A DNA stretch of 64,000 bases from positions 35,712,001 to 35,776,000 of the forward strand of contig OX597834.1 in assembly GCA_951406725.2 (NCBI GenBank). The letters run 5' to 3'. The notes under the pieces are model-generated. The model saw only the letters and a list, made by a program, of their open reading frames with translations, was not told the DNA's origin and made no database searches. Source of the DNA: Octopus vulgaris (lineage: Eukaryota). The translations under genes were made by a program, and so were the position numbers. Of this stretch, positions 26,384 through 38,655 are shown in pieces (within the stretch, counting starts at the first letter, position 1; each line of letters opens with the position of its first letter).

Positions 26384-26756
26384 ACGTATATCACGCGCGC
26401 TGGTGTTTATGTATGTGAATATGTGCATCCATTGGCCGAGTGATAAATGATGTAGATTTATTGCGCTCTGATATATTTATGGCTTATCGATATCCGTATC
26501 TCAGCGGATCAGGATCGAAACCGGTCTGAAAGTAATTCCTGATATCGTTGCGCAAAATCTTAACGTTTCCTTAGGCAATTGCCGTTTCGTCTTGGCCTCG
26601 TTGTTTCTCGTCCTAAGGACCCAACCGTCCGTCAGCCGTCTGCATCATTCTTAACTGTGTGTGTTGTGTGTGTATGTCTGTGCGTGTGTGTTTGTGCGTG
26701 TGTGTATGTAATCTTGTATATTTGTGTGCATGGGTGTGTGTTGCGTTTGGAGTGTG

Positions 26757-26787
<31 letters not shown>

Positions 26788-26814
26788 TTGTGTGTGTGTT
26801 GCGTTTGGAGTGTG

Positions 26815-26845
<31 letters not shown>

Positions 26846-27690
26846 AAGTCTATGCATTTGTGTGCGTGCGTGTGTTTGTGTGTTGCATTTGTGCGTATGT
26901 GAGTTTGTGTGTTTGCGTTTGTGTGTGTGTGTGTTGTGTGTTTCTGTGTATGTTTGTGTGTGTGTACTTTTGTGTGTGTGTGTATGTGTGTGTGTGCGTG
27001 CGTACGTGTGTGTGTGCGTGTGTGTGTTTGTATGCCTTGGGTATAACATGGTTAGTAGGTTGGTAGGTAGAACCGTGCTATTGTATTATTAACGCATAGC
27101 TTTACAGATAACTCCTGGCCGCTTTATCGACAAATATTAATAGAAATAAGTCACGTCTCAAATCTAGAGATGCATTTGTCAAATCCTTTGAGGTCCGCCG
27201 TCGCAGTATGGACATGCTTTGTTTTCTCCATTGTCCAGCGTATTTCAGTTGGCCTTGCTCATTATGCCATGCGTTATTTAATCGCATGTGGGACTGTATT
27301 CTGACTGGACATATTAAACCACCCTCATCGTCCGGTTTTATTTCTACATGCCTCGTCGAGGGACATACCGCGCGTTGCCACGCCGTGGTTAACCTCGCGG
27401 TGAGACATTCGGAAGCACAAGGCAATACCGAACGCCGTAACAGTTTATCATTCGTAAAGGTCAACAGAGTTAGATAGAAATAGTTCAGGTGTCATAAGCT
27501 GTTATTGATTTATTCATCGCCTCTAATGCTTATCAACGTAACAATCGACGGTCATTAACACCCTGCTGCTTCTTTATCTCTGCTGTGTACAGAACACGCA
27601 GCCAGGGGTGGCTGCGAAAACATATCTCCACACATTGTTGTAGTTTTTTTTCTTTTCGGCTAGATGCTGTTTCGTCATGTGTCTTGTGTG

Positions 27691-28009
27691 AAGGCGCGTG
27701 GCTTAGTGGTTACGGTGTGTGGCTCACGATCGTAAAGCCGTGCGTTCGATTCCCGGCAGTGCGTAGTGTCCTTGATCGTATACGTATACATGTCTCTTCA
27801 GTCCATTCAGCTGGCAAAAATGAATTGTACCAGTAATTCAAAGGGGCCAGCCTTATCACATTCTGTGTCACGCTGAAAATCTCTGAGATCTACATTAAGG
27901 GTACTCGTTTCTGCAGAATACTCAGCCCCTTGCACGTTAATTTCACGAGCAGGCTATTCCGTTGATCGGATCAACTGGAACCCTCGTCGTCGTAACCGAC
28001 GGAGTGCCA
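27691..28009 (+). mobile_element. SINE family C (variant with gtgtccttga central segment)
   Basis: ggcgcgtggcttagtggtta...gttcgattcccgg head; ttgcacgttaatttcacgagcaggct...gtaaccgacggagtgcc tail. Confidence 0.85.
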
Positions 28010-28030
28010 TTTAGTCGAGTATTTTGTAGT

Positions 28031-28718
28031 TAATATGGTGCAGATCCAAAAGTGACCTTCCCTGTTGATATTAATGGAGAAGCAAGCTGCCATTTGGTAG
28101 ACATTAAAGTTACCAAGTGTTTAGGGTATTTGGCTTACGTTCGTAAGGTCGTGTGTTCGATTCCTGGAGGCCCACTGTGTCCTTGAGCAAGACACTTTAT
28201 TTCATGTTTCTCCAGTGCACTCAGCTGGCAAAAATGAGTTATGTCTGTAGTTCAGAAGGCCAACCTTCTCATATTCTGTGTCATACTGAATCTTCCAGAG
28301 AACAACATTAAGCGTATGCGTGTCTGCGGAGTACTCAGCCACTTGCACGTTAATTTCATGAGCAGGCTGTTCCATTGATCGGATCAACAGGAACGCTCGT
28401 CGTTCTAACTGACGGAGTACCAATCATAAGATGTTTAATTAATATGGAGCTGCTCCGAAAGTGACATTCCCTGTTGTGTTAGCGGAGAACCAAGCTGCCC
28501 TCTAGCGGACGTTAAAATAACCTAGTTGTTATTGCTGACGTGCCGTAGCTTAGGAAGTTACCTTTTCTATCGATGTTTGTAGAGAAGCAAGTTGTCATCT
28601 GGTGGACTGAGTAACTAAGATGTTGTTGAAAACGTAGCGTAGGTTAGAGAGTGATCTCCCTTGTAGCTGTTCATGGAGAAGCAAGTTGCCATCGAGTGGG
28701 CATTAAAGTAACCAAGAC
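28031..28718. repeat. Diverged tandem array, about 95-bp unit, 4 copies, interrupted by a SINE
   Basis: gagaa.caag.tg.c motif at about 28077, 28486, 28582 and 28677, each preceded by agtgac/agttac/agtgat. Confidence 0.75.
28121..28422 (+). mobile_element. SINE family C (5'-trimmed)
   Basis: gttcgattcctgg..gtgtccttgagcaagacactttatttca...ccacttgcacgttaatttcatgagcaggctgttcc...gacggagta. Confidence 0.85.
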
Positions 28719-28782
28719 AATAGCCCGCAGATGTTTGTGGGGAAATAATGCCATTTCCAAATTAAGATCTATTTCCGCCAGG

Positions 28783-29228
28783 TCATTTCTACTATAAGCA
28801 CGAGACCTGCAATTTGGGGAGATAGGGTTAGTCAATTACATCGACCCCAGTGCTTAAATGGCACTTATGTTATTAATCTTGAAAGAATGAAAGGCAAAGT
28901 CGATCTCGGAAGAATTTGAACGTTAAGCCGAACGAAATGCGACGAAGCATTTTGTCCGGCCGGCGTAACAACGATCTTTTCACTTCGTCGCCTTCGATTT
29001 ATTTTGTAATATCGGTTTCAAATTTTGACCGAAGGCTAGCAATATCAGGTAGCAGGTGAGTCGATAACATCGACCTTAGTCCTCAGCTGGTCTTTATTTT
29101 AATCGAGTCCGAAAAGAAGAAATGCAAAGTGGACCTCGGCGGAACTTGAACTCAGAACGTTAAGACTGACAAAAATGCCGCTACGTATTTTGCTCGGCGT
29201 GCTTAACGATTCTGCCAGCTTGCGGTCT
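28783..29228 (-). mobile_element. Two tandem SINE family B copies (28783-28993, 29012-29228)
   Basis: Both contain a gcaaagt.ga.ctcgg...ttgaac core. Confidence 0.8.
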
Positions 29229-29894
29229 TGATATATCAATACATTCCGTAAATATCACAAGGTGGACACAACCTGTAGTGTCATCAACCGCAAGCTGGAC
29301 ACTGTGTGTCGTTTTACTAAGTGGTCACTGTGTGCAGTACCAACTGGCAATGGTGACAGTGGTCAGTTTGTTGACAGAATGGTTTTGTTAAATGTTCCAG
29401 TGTGAAGGACCTAAAAGCAATCTGAACAGTTGCGAAAACATAAACAAACAAAAACAAAAAAAATCAAAAATCCCAAAAATCGATATAATACTTTATCACG
29501 ATGGAAACCACACACACACACACACACAGACACACACATAAATACAGTTGAATATATATACGTGTATGTATGTATGTAGGTATGTGTGTGAGTATGTATG
29601 TATGTGTTTGTGTGTATGAATGTATGTATTTATGTATGTGTGTGTATGTAGGTATGTTTGTGAGTATGTATATATGTGTGAGTGTATGTGAGTGTATGTA
29701 TGCATGCACAATTCCATGTCATAAACACGACTCACTTGTTGCCAAGCGAAATAACCTTTCTTGGCAACCACGAATGTGTCCTTTCCTTTTGATATCTAGA
29801 AGCTGCTGCTCCTGCTGCTGCTGCTACTTGTGTTGCCCCGTTGTTGTTGTTGTTGTTGTTGTTGCAATCATCATTATTATCAATAGAATTTCTA

Positions 29895-30187
29895 ACGCTA
29901 TCGTCTACCTCCTCCTCCTCCACTACATCATCATCATCACAATCATCATCATCATCATCATCCTTGTCATCATCTTCATCATCATCCTCATTATCGTCAT
30001 CATCATCATCGTCATCGTCATCATCAACATCCTCATCTTCATCATCATCAACATCATCAACATCCTCATCTTCATCAATGCATTCATCAACATCATCATC
30101 GTCATCATCATCATCGTCGTCGTCGTCGTCATCGTCATTATCATCATCATCGTCGTCGTCGTCGTCATCGTCATTATCATCATCATC
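29895..30187. repeat. (CAT/CGT)n trinucleotide array
   Basis: Directly visible. Confidence 0.95.
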
Positions 30188-30196
30188 GATTGTATG

Positions 30197-30242
<46 letters not shown>

Positions 30243-30304
30243 TGTGAGTGTGTGAGCATCTAAGCGTATGTGCATGTGTGCATGCGAATGTGTGTGTGTG
30301 TGTT

Positions 30305-31025
30305 TTCTTATTCTTTTATTTGTTCGGTCATTAGACTGCGGCCAGTCTGGGGCACCGCAGTCATTTTTTTTCTTTTAGTCGTGTGAATCGATCCCAATAC
30401 TTCTATTTTTCTAGCAATTATTCTAGCATTCACTTTTGCGGAGCCCCTAGGTTACAGGGACGTAAACACACTAACACCGGTTGACAAGCAGTGGTTGAGG
30501 AACAACCCCTCTACACACACACATATATGTGGCTTAGTGGTTAGAGCATTCGACTCACGATTGTAAGGTCGTGAGTTCAATTCTCGGCGACATGTTGTGT
30601 CCTTGAGCAAGACACTTTATTTCACGTTGCCCCAGTCCACTCAGCTGACAAAAGTGAGTTGTACCTGTATTTCAAATAGGCCAGCCTTGTCACACTCTGT
30701 GTTACGCTGAATCTCCCTGAGAACTACGTTAAAGGCACATGCGTCTATGGAGTACTCAGCCACTTGCACGTTATTTTTACGAGCAAGCTGTTCCGTTCAT
30801 CGTATCTGATGGGATCCTCATCGTCGTAAGCGACCGAGTGTTCTCTTAATATATATATATATATACGACGGGTTTCCTTAAGTTTCCGCCTACGAGATCT
30901 ACTCAGAAGGCTTTTGTCAGCCCGTGGCTAGAGTAGAAGACATACCACATGTCCAAGATGCTACGTAGCGGGACTGAACTCGGAATTATGCGGTTGCGAA
31001 TCAGGCTTCTTACCAGACAGCCACA
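30305..31025 (-). mobile_element. SINE family A split by a nested family C insertion
   Basis: The tail half (30305-30520) and head half (30865-31025) are colinear on the minus strand. Confidence 0.75.
30527..30840 (+). mobile_element. SINE family C nested in the microsatellite of a family A copy
   Basis: gtggcttagtggttagagc...gagttcaattc...gtgtccttgagcaagacac...cgtcgtaagcgaccgagtg. Confidence 0.85.
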
Positions 31026-31536
31026 TATAGGTACGTATGCGTGAGTGAGTGTAAATATATATATATGTGTGTGTGTGTGAATGCGTATGTACGTGTACGT
31101 ATATAGATAAATGAGCGTCTGTATGTATGTCCATGCGCAGGCGCTCTCTGTTTTTTTTTCCTTTTTTCTTGGCATAAACACATATACACATGTGTGTATG
31201 TACTACATGTTCGTACGAGTGTGAAAGTATTTCATGTAATTTGCTTATATACACCGAAAATGCGTAGAATGCGTGTTCCGCTTGGTAATTCTGTTTACGC
31301 AGTTTTTCTTTTTTATTATCCACGGTTCGATAAATACGGACATCAACAGTTACCTTTTCTCTCATCACAAGCGGTTTCGTTACATCTTGAAAGAAATAAC
31401 ATAATAATTAAAAAATCCCATTCAACGTTAACGAACGTTGCAATATTTTCAGTTCCTAATTATTTTTCGCTTTTGGAACATAGCCTATTTCTCCTCCTAC
31501 AGGTAGCGTGTCAATCTTTCAAGGAAAAAGCCAACT

Positions 31537-32264
31537 AAGCCGTCCAGCTTGCAGAACTGTTAACATACCCGGTAAAAATACTAAGCGACATTTCGTCCGT
31601 CTTTACGATCTGAGTTCAAATTCCTCTGGAGTTGACTTTGTTTTTAATCCTTTCGAGGGTCGATAAAATAAGTAGCATTTTAACCCTAGGGTCAGTGTCA
31701 TCAACCTACCACCTATCCTGAAATTGCTGGCTTTGTGCCAAATTTTGAAACTAAAATTTCTTGAGAAAACGATAAAAAACTTAAAGCGGAGAGCTGGCAG
31801 AATCTGTTAGCACGTAGGAAAAAAAATGCTTCACGGCATTTCGTCCGTCGCTACGTTCTGAGTTCAAATTCCGCTGGGGTCAATTTTGATTTTAATCTTT
31901 TGGGGGTCAATGAAGTAAGTACCAGTTGAACACTGAGGATGATGTAATGGGTTTACCCCACTCCCCGAAATTTCCTGGTATATTTTGCCAGTTCACAGCC
32001 TTACTATATCAGAAATAATCTTTTTTACTAAAGCACAAGGCCTCAAAATTAATGGGGGGAAGGGGAGACTAGAAGATTACATCAACCCCAGTGTTTCACT
32101 GGTACCTAATTAATCGACCTCAAAAGGATGAAAGGCAAAGTCGACCTCGGCCGAATTTGAACTCAGAACGTAAAGACGGACGAAATGTGGCTAAGCATTT
32201 CGTCCAGCGTGCTAATGATTCTGCCAGCTCACTGACTTAAGTAATAATAATAACAATAACAATC

Positions 32265-32319
<55 letters not shown>

Positions 32320-32530
32320 TGATGATGATGATTATCATAATTATGTCAGCAAAGGCGAGCTTAGTGACATCTCGCCTTTGCGTCCAGAGTTCAAATTCCG
32401 CTGTGGTCGATTTTATATTTCATCCTTTTTGGGGTCGATAAAATAAGTACCAGTTAAACGCTGAGGTCGATGTAATCGACTTACTAACCCCTCTCACCCG
32501 AACTTGCTGGCCTTGTGCGAAAATTTGAAA

Positions 32531-32533
<3 letters not shown>
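31537..32533. mobile_element. Cluster of four SINE family B copies (+31537-31752, +31785-31980, -32018-32238, +32353-32533)
   Basis: Each has the gagttcaaattcc...gtcgataaaataagtaccag core or its reverse complement; (AAT)n/(ATT)n tracts adjoin two of them. Confidence 0.85.
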
Positions 32534-32588
<55 letters not shown>

Positions 32589-32769
32589 GGCGGTAGTGAT
32601 GGAGAAGTAGTAGGAGCGTCGAACAAAAAGCTTGGTAATGTTTATTCGTTGCCCGTGGGGGTGATGCTTTTTATCCTCCACCCGGTTAGATAACATTGAG
32701 AAATAGTCACGTGCTGATTATGGGAGATGAAGAAATTCGACTGTTGCCTGGTGGCAATGTATCATATAA

Positions 32770-33230
32770 TCACCATCAACACCACCGCTGCCGCATCTGC
32801 CGCCGCTGCCACCACCACCACCACCAACACCATCGGCACCATCATCACAACCATCATCATTATTACTCGTACCACAATCATCGCCGGCCGCTACAGCCAC
32901 CACCACCACCACCGCCACCACTTTCACCTTTACGCCGCCCTCATTGCCATCAGCAACATCAGCACCAACACAAGAACTACCATCGCCATCATCAGCAACA
33001 TCATCATCACCTCTACAACCACTACTACTGTCGTTATCATCATCATCATCATCATCGCTGTGTTCATCATCAACATCATCATCATCAGCAGCAGCAGCAG
33101 CATCGTCGTCATCATCATCATCATCAACGCTGTCTTCATCCTTATCACCACCATCATCATCATCAGCATTGTCATCATTTGCCATCCTCATCACCATCAT
33201 CGTTGTCGTCATCATCATCATCATCATCAT
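32770..33230. repeat. (CAC/CAT/CAG)n low-complexity array
   Basis: Directly visible. Confidence 0.9.
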
Positions 33231-33699
33231 CTCAATCAGCTTCGTTATTGTTCTTATGCAATTGAACCACTGCCAAAATCAGCGTCCCTTTTCCTCTTCC
33301 TCTTCCTCTCTAAATCCTTCCCTTCTCTTCCTCCTTCTCCGCCTCCACGTCACTCCCACCTCTCCCCCCATCACAATGTGATATCCTGGAGGATATTCCA
33401 CCGCATTCTGCTATTAATATCAGACATACCTTTATGGTTCAATGATTACAGTTCCGTGTCTGTGTGTTTGTGTGTCTGTGTGTTTGTGTGTGGCTATGCT
33501 ATTGAGTGTGTGTGTGTGTGTGTGTGCGTCTGTGTGTCCGTATTTAAATGTTTGTGTGTATGTATGAAAGGTGTATCTGTTACTATGGGCTTGTGTGTAT
33601 GTTTCTGTGTTCATATGTTTGCGTACATGTCCGCCTCTTTTTGTGTGTCTGTGTGTATACCTCTCTGCGTGAGTATATGTGTGTGTCGGTGTGGCTGTA

Positions 33700-33737
<38 letters not shown>

Positions 33738-33813
33738 TTTTTGTGTGCTTTCTCAACAAACACACTCAAACACACAAACAAACAACACATATGTCTATCT
33801 ACACTCACACAGA

Positions 33814-33970
33814 CGTGGCTCTGTTGTATGAAACTTGCTTCCCAACCACATGGTCCCAGGTTCAGTCCTAACGTGCGGCACCATGGGCAAGTATCTTCCA
33901 CTATAGTGTCTCGGGACCACCAAAGCCTTGTGAGTGGATTTGGTACACGCAAACTGAAAGAATCTCGTCA
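33814..33970 (+). mobile_element. SINE family A, 5' half
   Basis: cttgcttcccaaccacatgg...gggcaagtatcttc...caaagccttgtgagtggatttggta. Confidence 0.8.
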
Positions 33971-34073
33971 TATATATACACATATATGTGTATGTATGTG
34001 TGTGTTTGCTTGTTGCGCGCAAGTGTGTGTGTTTTGTGTGTGTGATTGAGTGTATTTGTGTGTGAATGTGTGA

Positions 34074-34119
34074 GGCAGTCCGACGAAATTTAGCAAGTTA
34101 TGACTTCGAAGTCACTGTC
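34074..34119 (+). ncRNA. Degenerate hammerhead-like motif (ACTTCGAAGT family)
   Basis: ggcagt-CCGACGA-AATTT-agc-AAGTT-atg-ACTTCGAAG-TC-actgtc. 6-bp stem I; GAA replaced by atg. Confidence 0.5.
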
Positions 34120-34165
34120 ACTCATTTCTTGTAAAAGTATTATAAACAACAACTCTACAAAAGCT

Positions 34166-34615
34166 AAAGATTATTTGCCAACATAACATGGCAGTCCTGG
34201 TTTAGGACGACTGTTGTTGTAATTTAGCCCCAGGAGACATCGTCTCCAGCTGGTTATACGACATTATCTGTGCTCTTATATTTTCGAACAAGGGAATCTA
34301 GCATCCCCACTCAGCTCAAAACAATATCTGTGTATCACGATTTCCGGGTTATTTCCCAGGTGTCGCTGCCAAATTCCCGTTCGAAATATATAGTTTTCAA
34401 ATTGATCTAAAAACAAAAAAAAAATTACTATTTGTAAATCTCACAACGAGAGATATTCGTGTCATATAGCCAGTTGGAGACGATGTCTTCTGGGGCTAAA
34501 TTACAGCAACACTCGTCCTAAACCAGGACTGCCATGTTATGTTGGCAAATAATCTTTACTCCAAAGAACTGTTGCTGAATATCTCTCGTTGTGAGATTTA
34601 CAAATAGTAATTTTG
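34166..34615. mobile_element. Fold-back insertion with two interleaved inverted-repeat pairs and a 10-bp flanking duplication
   Basis: Pair A: 34165-34263 / 34460-34559. Pair B: about 34423-34458 / 34577-34612. tacaaaagct at 34156-34165 and 34616-34625. Confidence 0.7.
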
Positions 34616-35444
34616 TACAAAAGCTGTTGGGTAATTATTCAGTCTAATGTAAAATAATTCTCATTATAACTTGACATAAAAGCAAACAATATTGGCCAAT
34701 AAGGACTTCCGTTGATGACAAGCATTACGGTAGCTCAATCATCTTTTTAATAGATACAGCGGAATCTTCAATAATATGTGCTGTTTCTCTATGTGACAAA
34801 GAAGGTCTTCCTTTCCGTAAGAATAAATGAAACAGCTTTATGAACTGCGTTCCATGTTATGCTGAACAGATAATTTCCTTGGTCTCGATGTCGGCAAAGA
34901 AAATAGGATTTACCGGTAGGTTACCTCTGAAGAAGTGCATAAGGACAGTCAAAATTCTCTTGTAGTTGCTAGCTGTGGTTTCTGTAGGTTTGCTCGGAAT
35001 TATGTCCAGTGAAATAAAAGTTGCGCCATAAAACGCTACTTCGGAAAAGAAGGATCCCTTTGACAGAGAGTTAAATTCATATCGGCAGTTACAGGAGGCT
35101 ATCTGGCTTAGGGTCTGCATAGGTGACTTACTTTATCTGCGGTTGCATGTGATCTTGTAGGCGATGTTATCTAGGTGCGATTAACTAACTTTAACAGTAT
35201 GTATTAAAAAGCTTAAGTTATTTATGTGTGCTTGTGAAATGTGTGCAATCAAGGGTGAAAAATTTCTCGAAGCTTACTACACTGACGTCCTTATATATCA
35301 CATAATTTCCACGGTCCATCATGCAATTATATATGTGAGTGCGTATGTTTTCTCTGTGTGTGTGTGTGTTTGTATAATTGTATATATATATATATGAATG
35401 TATATGTATAAATGTAGTTATCTGTGCATATATATATAAATATA

Positions 35445-35514
<70 letters not shown>

Positions 35515-35540
35515 ATAAATATATATATTTATACATCTAT

Positions 35541-35585
<45 letters not shown>

Positions 35586-35711
35586 TTATATATCTGTCTT
35601 TATATATATATATATATATATATATACAGACACACACGCACATACATATAAATATATATTCATACTCACACATATTTACATACATATAATTATTTGTTAT
35701 AAGTGTGCCGC

Positions 35712-35758
<47 letters not shown>

Positions 35759-36312
35759 TTATAAGCACTTATTACAACCCTCCTCTCGCAAACGTACACA
35801 CACACTCACACACACACATTTATTTTCAACTTTTTCATCTTTCGACCTGTAATAAATGATCCTATTGTGTAGGTTCTAAAGGAATCTATAAATTATTCTT
35901 CCTTCATATTTCCCCACCCGCCCATTCCCCCCTTTCCTTACATCTTCACTTCTTTCTTTTCCTTCTCCTTCCTCCTCTCTCTCTCTCTCTCATCGCCCCC
36001 TCCTCATCTCCCTTTCATTCGTCTTTCTCCCTCTCATCATCTCTCCCTATATTTCGCTTTCTTTCCCAAACTTCCTCTCCATATTTCTTCTCCCAAACAA
36101 TTCCTTATTACAATCTTTTGATCTGTCTTTAATAGTTTTCTGCCGAGTCCTGGAGTGTTGGCCACTTCGTCTGTTTATAACACACAACAATGTTGAGAGA
36201 GTATGAGAAAGAGAGAAAGGAGAAAGAGAGAGAGAAGGGGAAAAAGAGAGCGAGAGGGTGAGAGTATATATATATATATGCATACATACGTACATACATA
36301 GACACACGTTAT

Positions 36313-36380
<68 letters not shown>

Positions 36381-36468
36381 ATATATGTGTATGCATGTAT
36401 AAGTATATATATGTATTCATTTGTATAGATGCTTATATACAATGACACACATGCAGTTGTACACACAC

Positions 36469-36529
<61 letters not shown>

Positions 36530-36538
36530 TATTCATGC

Positions 36539-36577
<39 letters not shown>

Positions 36578-36904
36578 CACATATATACATATGTATGTAT
36601 ACGTATTCACAGACACACATACACATATCTATGTATATATATGTATATATGTATATATTTATGTGTGTCTATATACATATATATATGTATGTATGTGTGT
36701 ATGTATGCATATATAGATATATATGTATGCGTGTATGCATGTGTGTGTGTAAAAATCAGGTATATGTATAAACATGCATATACACATGTATGTATATTTA
36801 TATAAACATATATCCAGAGAAGTGATCATCCAACCATGCATAAACAGAGAACGAGAGAGCGTGGAAGCGACAAAGAGATGGGGAGAAAGTTAGATAGATA
36901 GAAT

Positions 36905-36956
<52 letters not shown>

Positions 36957-37205
36957 AAGAAAGATAGATAAAGAAGAGACAGACAGACAGACAGGAGACA
37001 GAAACAGAGACATTGACCTGTTGGCGGTAGTTATATTGGAAACTCGTTTCACTACGCATGATGTATGATGGAGGAAGGAGTAGCAGCTCTTTTTGTCATG
37101 CTGGGAGTATATGTGTCTTTACATGTCTCACTCTTTCACACACACTCTCTCTTTCTCAATCTGTCTATCTTCTTTACACTTCTTAACGAACGAAATCATA
37201 ACAAT

Positions 37206-37257
37206 GTTTTGAGAAATTTGAAAAGTTATACACGAAACCGGTAATTTCTTCAAAAAC
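37206..37257 (+). ncRNA. Decayed hammerhead-like motif
   Basis: gagaaat-TTGAAAA-GT-tatac-AC-GAAA-C-CG-G-TA-atttctt. The core differs from CTGANGA at two positions. Confidence 0.4.
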
Positions 37258-37364
37258 TATGTCACTGTATGAAAAAAATTTATAACATTCTTCTGACATA
37301 ATGACTCAAATATATATTTTTTAACCTTTTAAAACAAGCCTTCTGTAGTTTTCTCACTTTTTAC

Positions 37365-37411
<47 letters not shown>

Positions 37412-37929
37412 ATAAATTATTGTAATTCGAATTAGGTTATGGCCATGAAACGTACATAGTGGTTTTACTTATCTTATAATAAACTTTTTAATATTTTTTG
37501 ATAGTTATATATTATATAAAAAATATATATAAATATAAATTAATAATTTTAAATTTAAATAAGTTAATTTTTTTTATATTTTCTATATTTTGTAAATTAT
37601 ATTAATTATTTTTATTTTTATGTTTTGGTTTATGTCTTACACTGTTTTATCTCATAGTGGTTTTATCTCTAATTTAATTTATATATATATATGAGCTAGA
37701 AATCAATTGATCTACGTTTAAACTTTTAAAAAAAGTCTTTTTCCTTCATTTCCCTCGCTTTCAGCCCGTGTCTATGTGATAAAGTATCTTTAGAGTCATT
37801 TGACATCTTCTTCTAGCATGTGGCCCTGCCATGTAGTTGCCCTGCCATGTAGTTGCCCTTATAATTATTATAAAAAAAATTATATACTCTGTATTAATTT
37901 CTAGCTAAAAGGTTTTACATGCTAGCCAC

Positions 37930-38340
37930 TTGATAAAGATCCTGGCGGGCCTGACACCAAACTATAGTATCAAAAGCTATATGAATCTCTCAACTGAACG
38001 TCACTACACTGTTCTAAAGGTCCCAACTATCTCGTCTTGAGAGAGGACCATGTACTGCAATAGCTTGGGATTCACGTGCCCACGACTATTTAAAGCCTTA
38101 CCAAAACGTTTGAGGGATCCTCATGAATTAGGGACAGATGTCTTCAACAAACAATTTGGTCTCTTGCTGTCCAAGTACTCAAATAAACCGACATGAAGTT
38201 AGGAGACTCAAAAAGGGGCAGTAGTTTCGATCTCTCTGCTTGACCAAAAGCCAATCACAAAAGATTGGTCATTGAAAGTGTGATTACACAGGTGGCGCTC
38301 CAGCATGGCCTCAGCCTTAGGGTTGGAACGTGTAAAAGTA
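37930..38340 (+). mobile_element. CR1/L2-group-like LINE, decayed ORF2 C-terminus and 3' UTR
   Basis: Frame KILAGLTPNYSIKSY...YCNSLGFTCPRLFKALPKRLRD...DVFNKQFGLLLSKYSNKP matches the SF..RGP.LFN.LP..LR...FK..LD..L...PD.P pattern of LINE ORF2 ends. Ends in ggtggcgctccagcatggcctcagcc. Confidence 0.7.
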
Positions 38341-38520
38341 TATATATATATATATATAACATACATATAAGAGGGATGACCTGTAAGTGGACATCCATTA
38401 TGCTAGAAGTAGATCCGCTGTGGTCTTACCACTAAGAAAGGAATGTTCTCTTGCGAACATTCCTTTTTTCATGTTTGTTCTTCGTTGTTTGGATTCACTA
38501 TATATACATACATATACTAT

Positions 38521-38655
38521 AGGCTTCTTTCAGTTTCCGTCAACCAAATCCACTCAAAAGGCTTTGGTCGGCTCTGTCTATGGTAGAAGACACTTGCCCA
38601 AGGTTCTGAACCCAGAACCATGTGGTTGGGAAGTAAACTTCTTACCACACAGTCA
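38521..38655 (-). mobile_element. SINE family A, 5' half
   Basis: ggcttctttcagtttccgtc...agaagacacttgcccaagg...cttcttaccacacag. Confidence 0.8.

Noticed and set aside
27102-27477. Non-repetitive ORFs (also 34857-35120, 46445-46720, 56245-56725) as host exons or RT fragments
   Set aside because: Short, with no recognisable motif or supported splice structure; a BLASTX search would be needed.
32727-34049. Longest ORF (440 aa)
   Set aside because: It runs through CAT/CAC repeats, GT repeats and a SINE A fragment; not a credible protein.
34166-34615. DIRS-type ITR/ICR structure
   Set aside because: The internal segment joins the inner ends of the repeats (B-A'), not the outer ends as a DIRS ICR would; no coding remnants; a flanking duplication is present.
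35833-35885. Possible pre-miRNA hairpin (gacctgta.../...tgtaggtt), superficially miR-10-like
   Set aside because: Pairing is weak and G-U rich, and the sequence does not match the miR-10 mature sequence.
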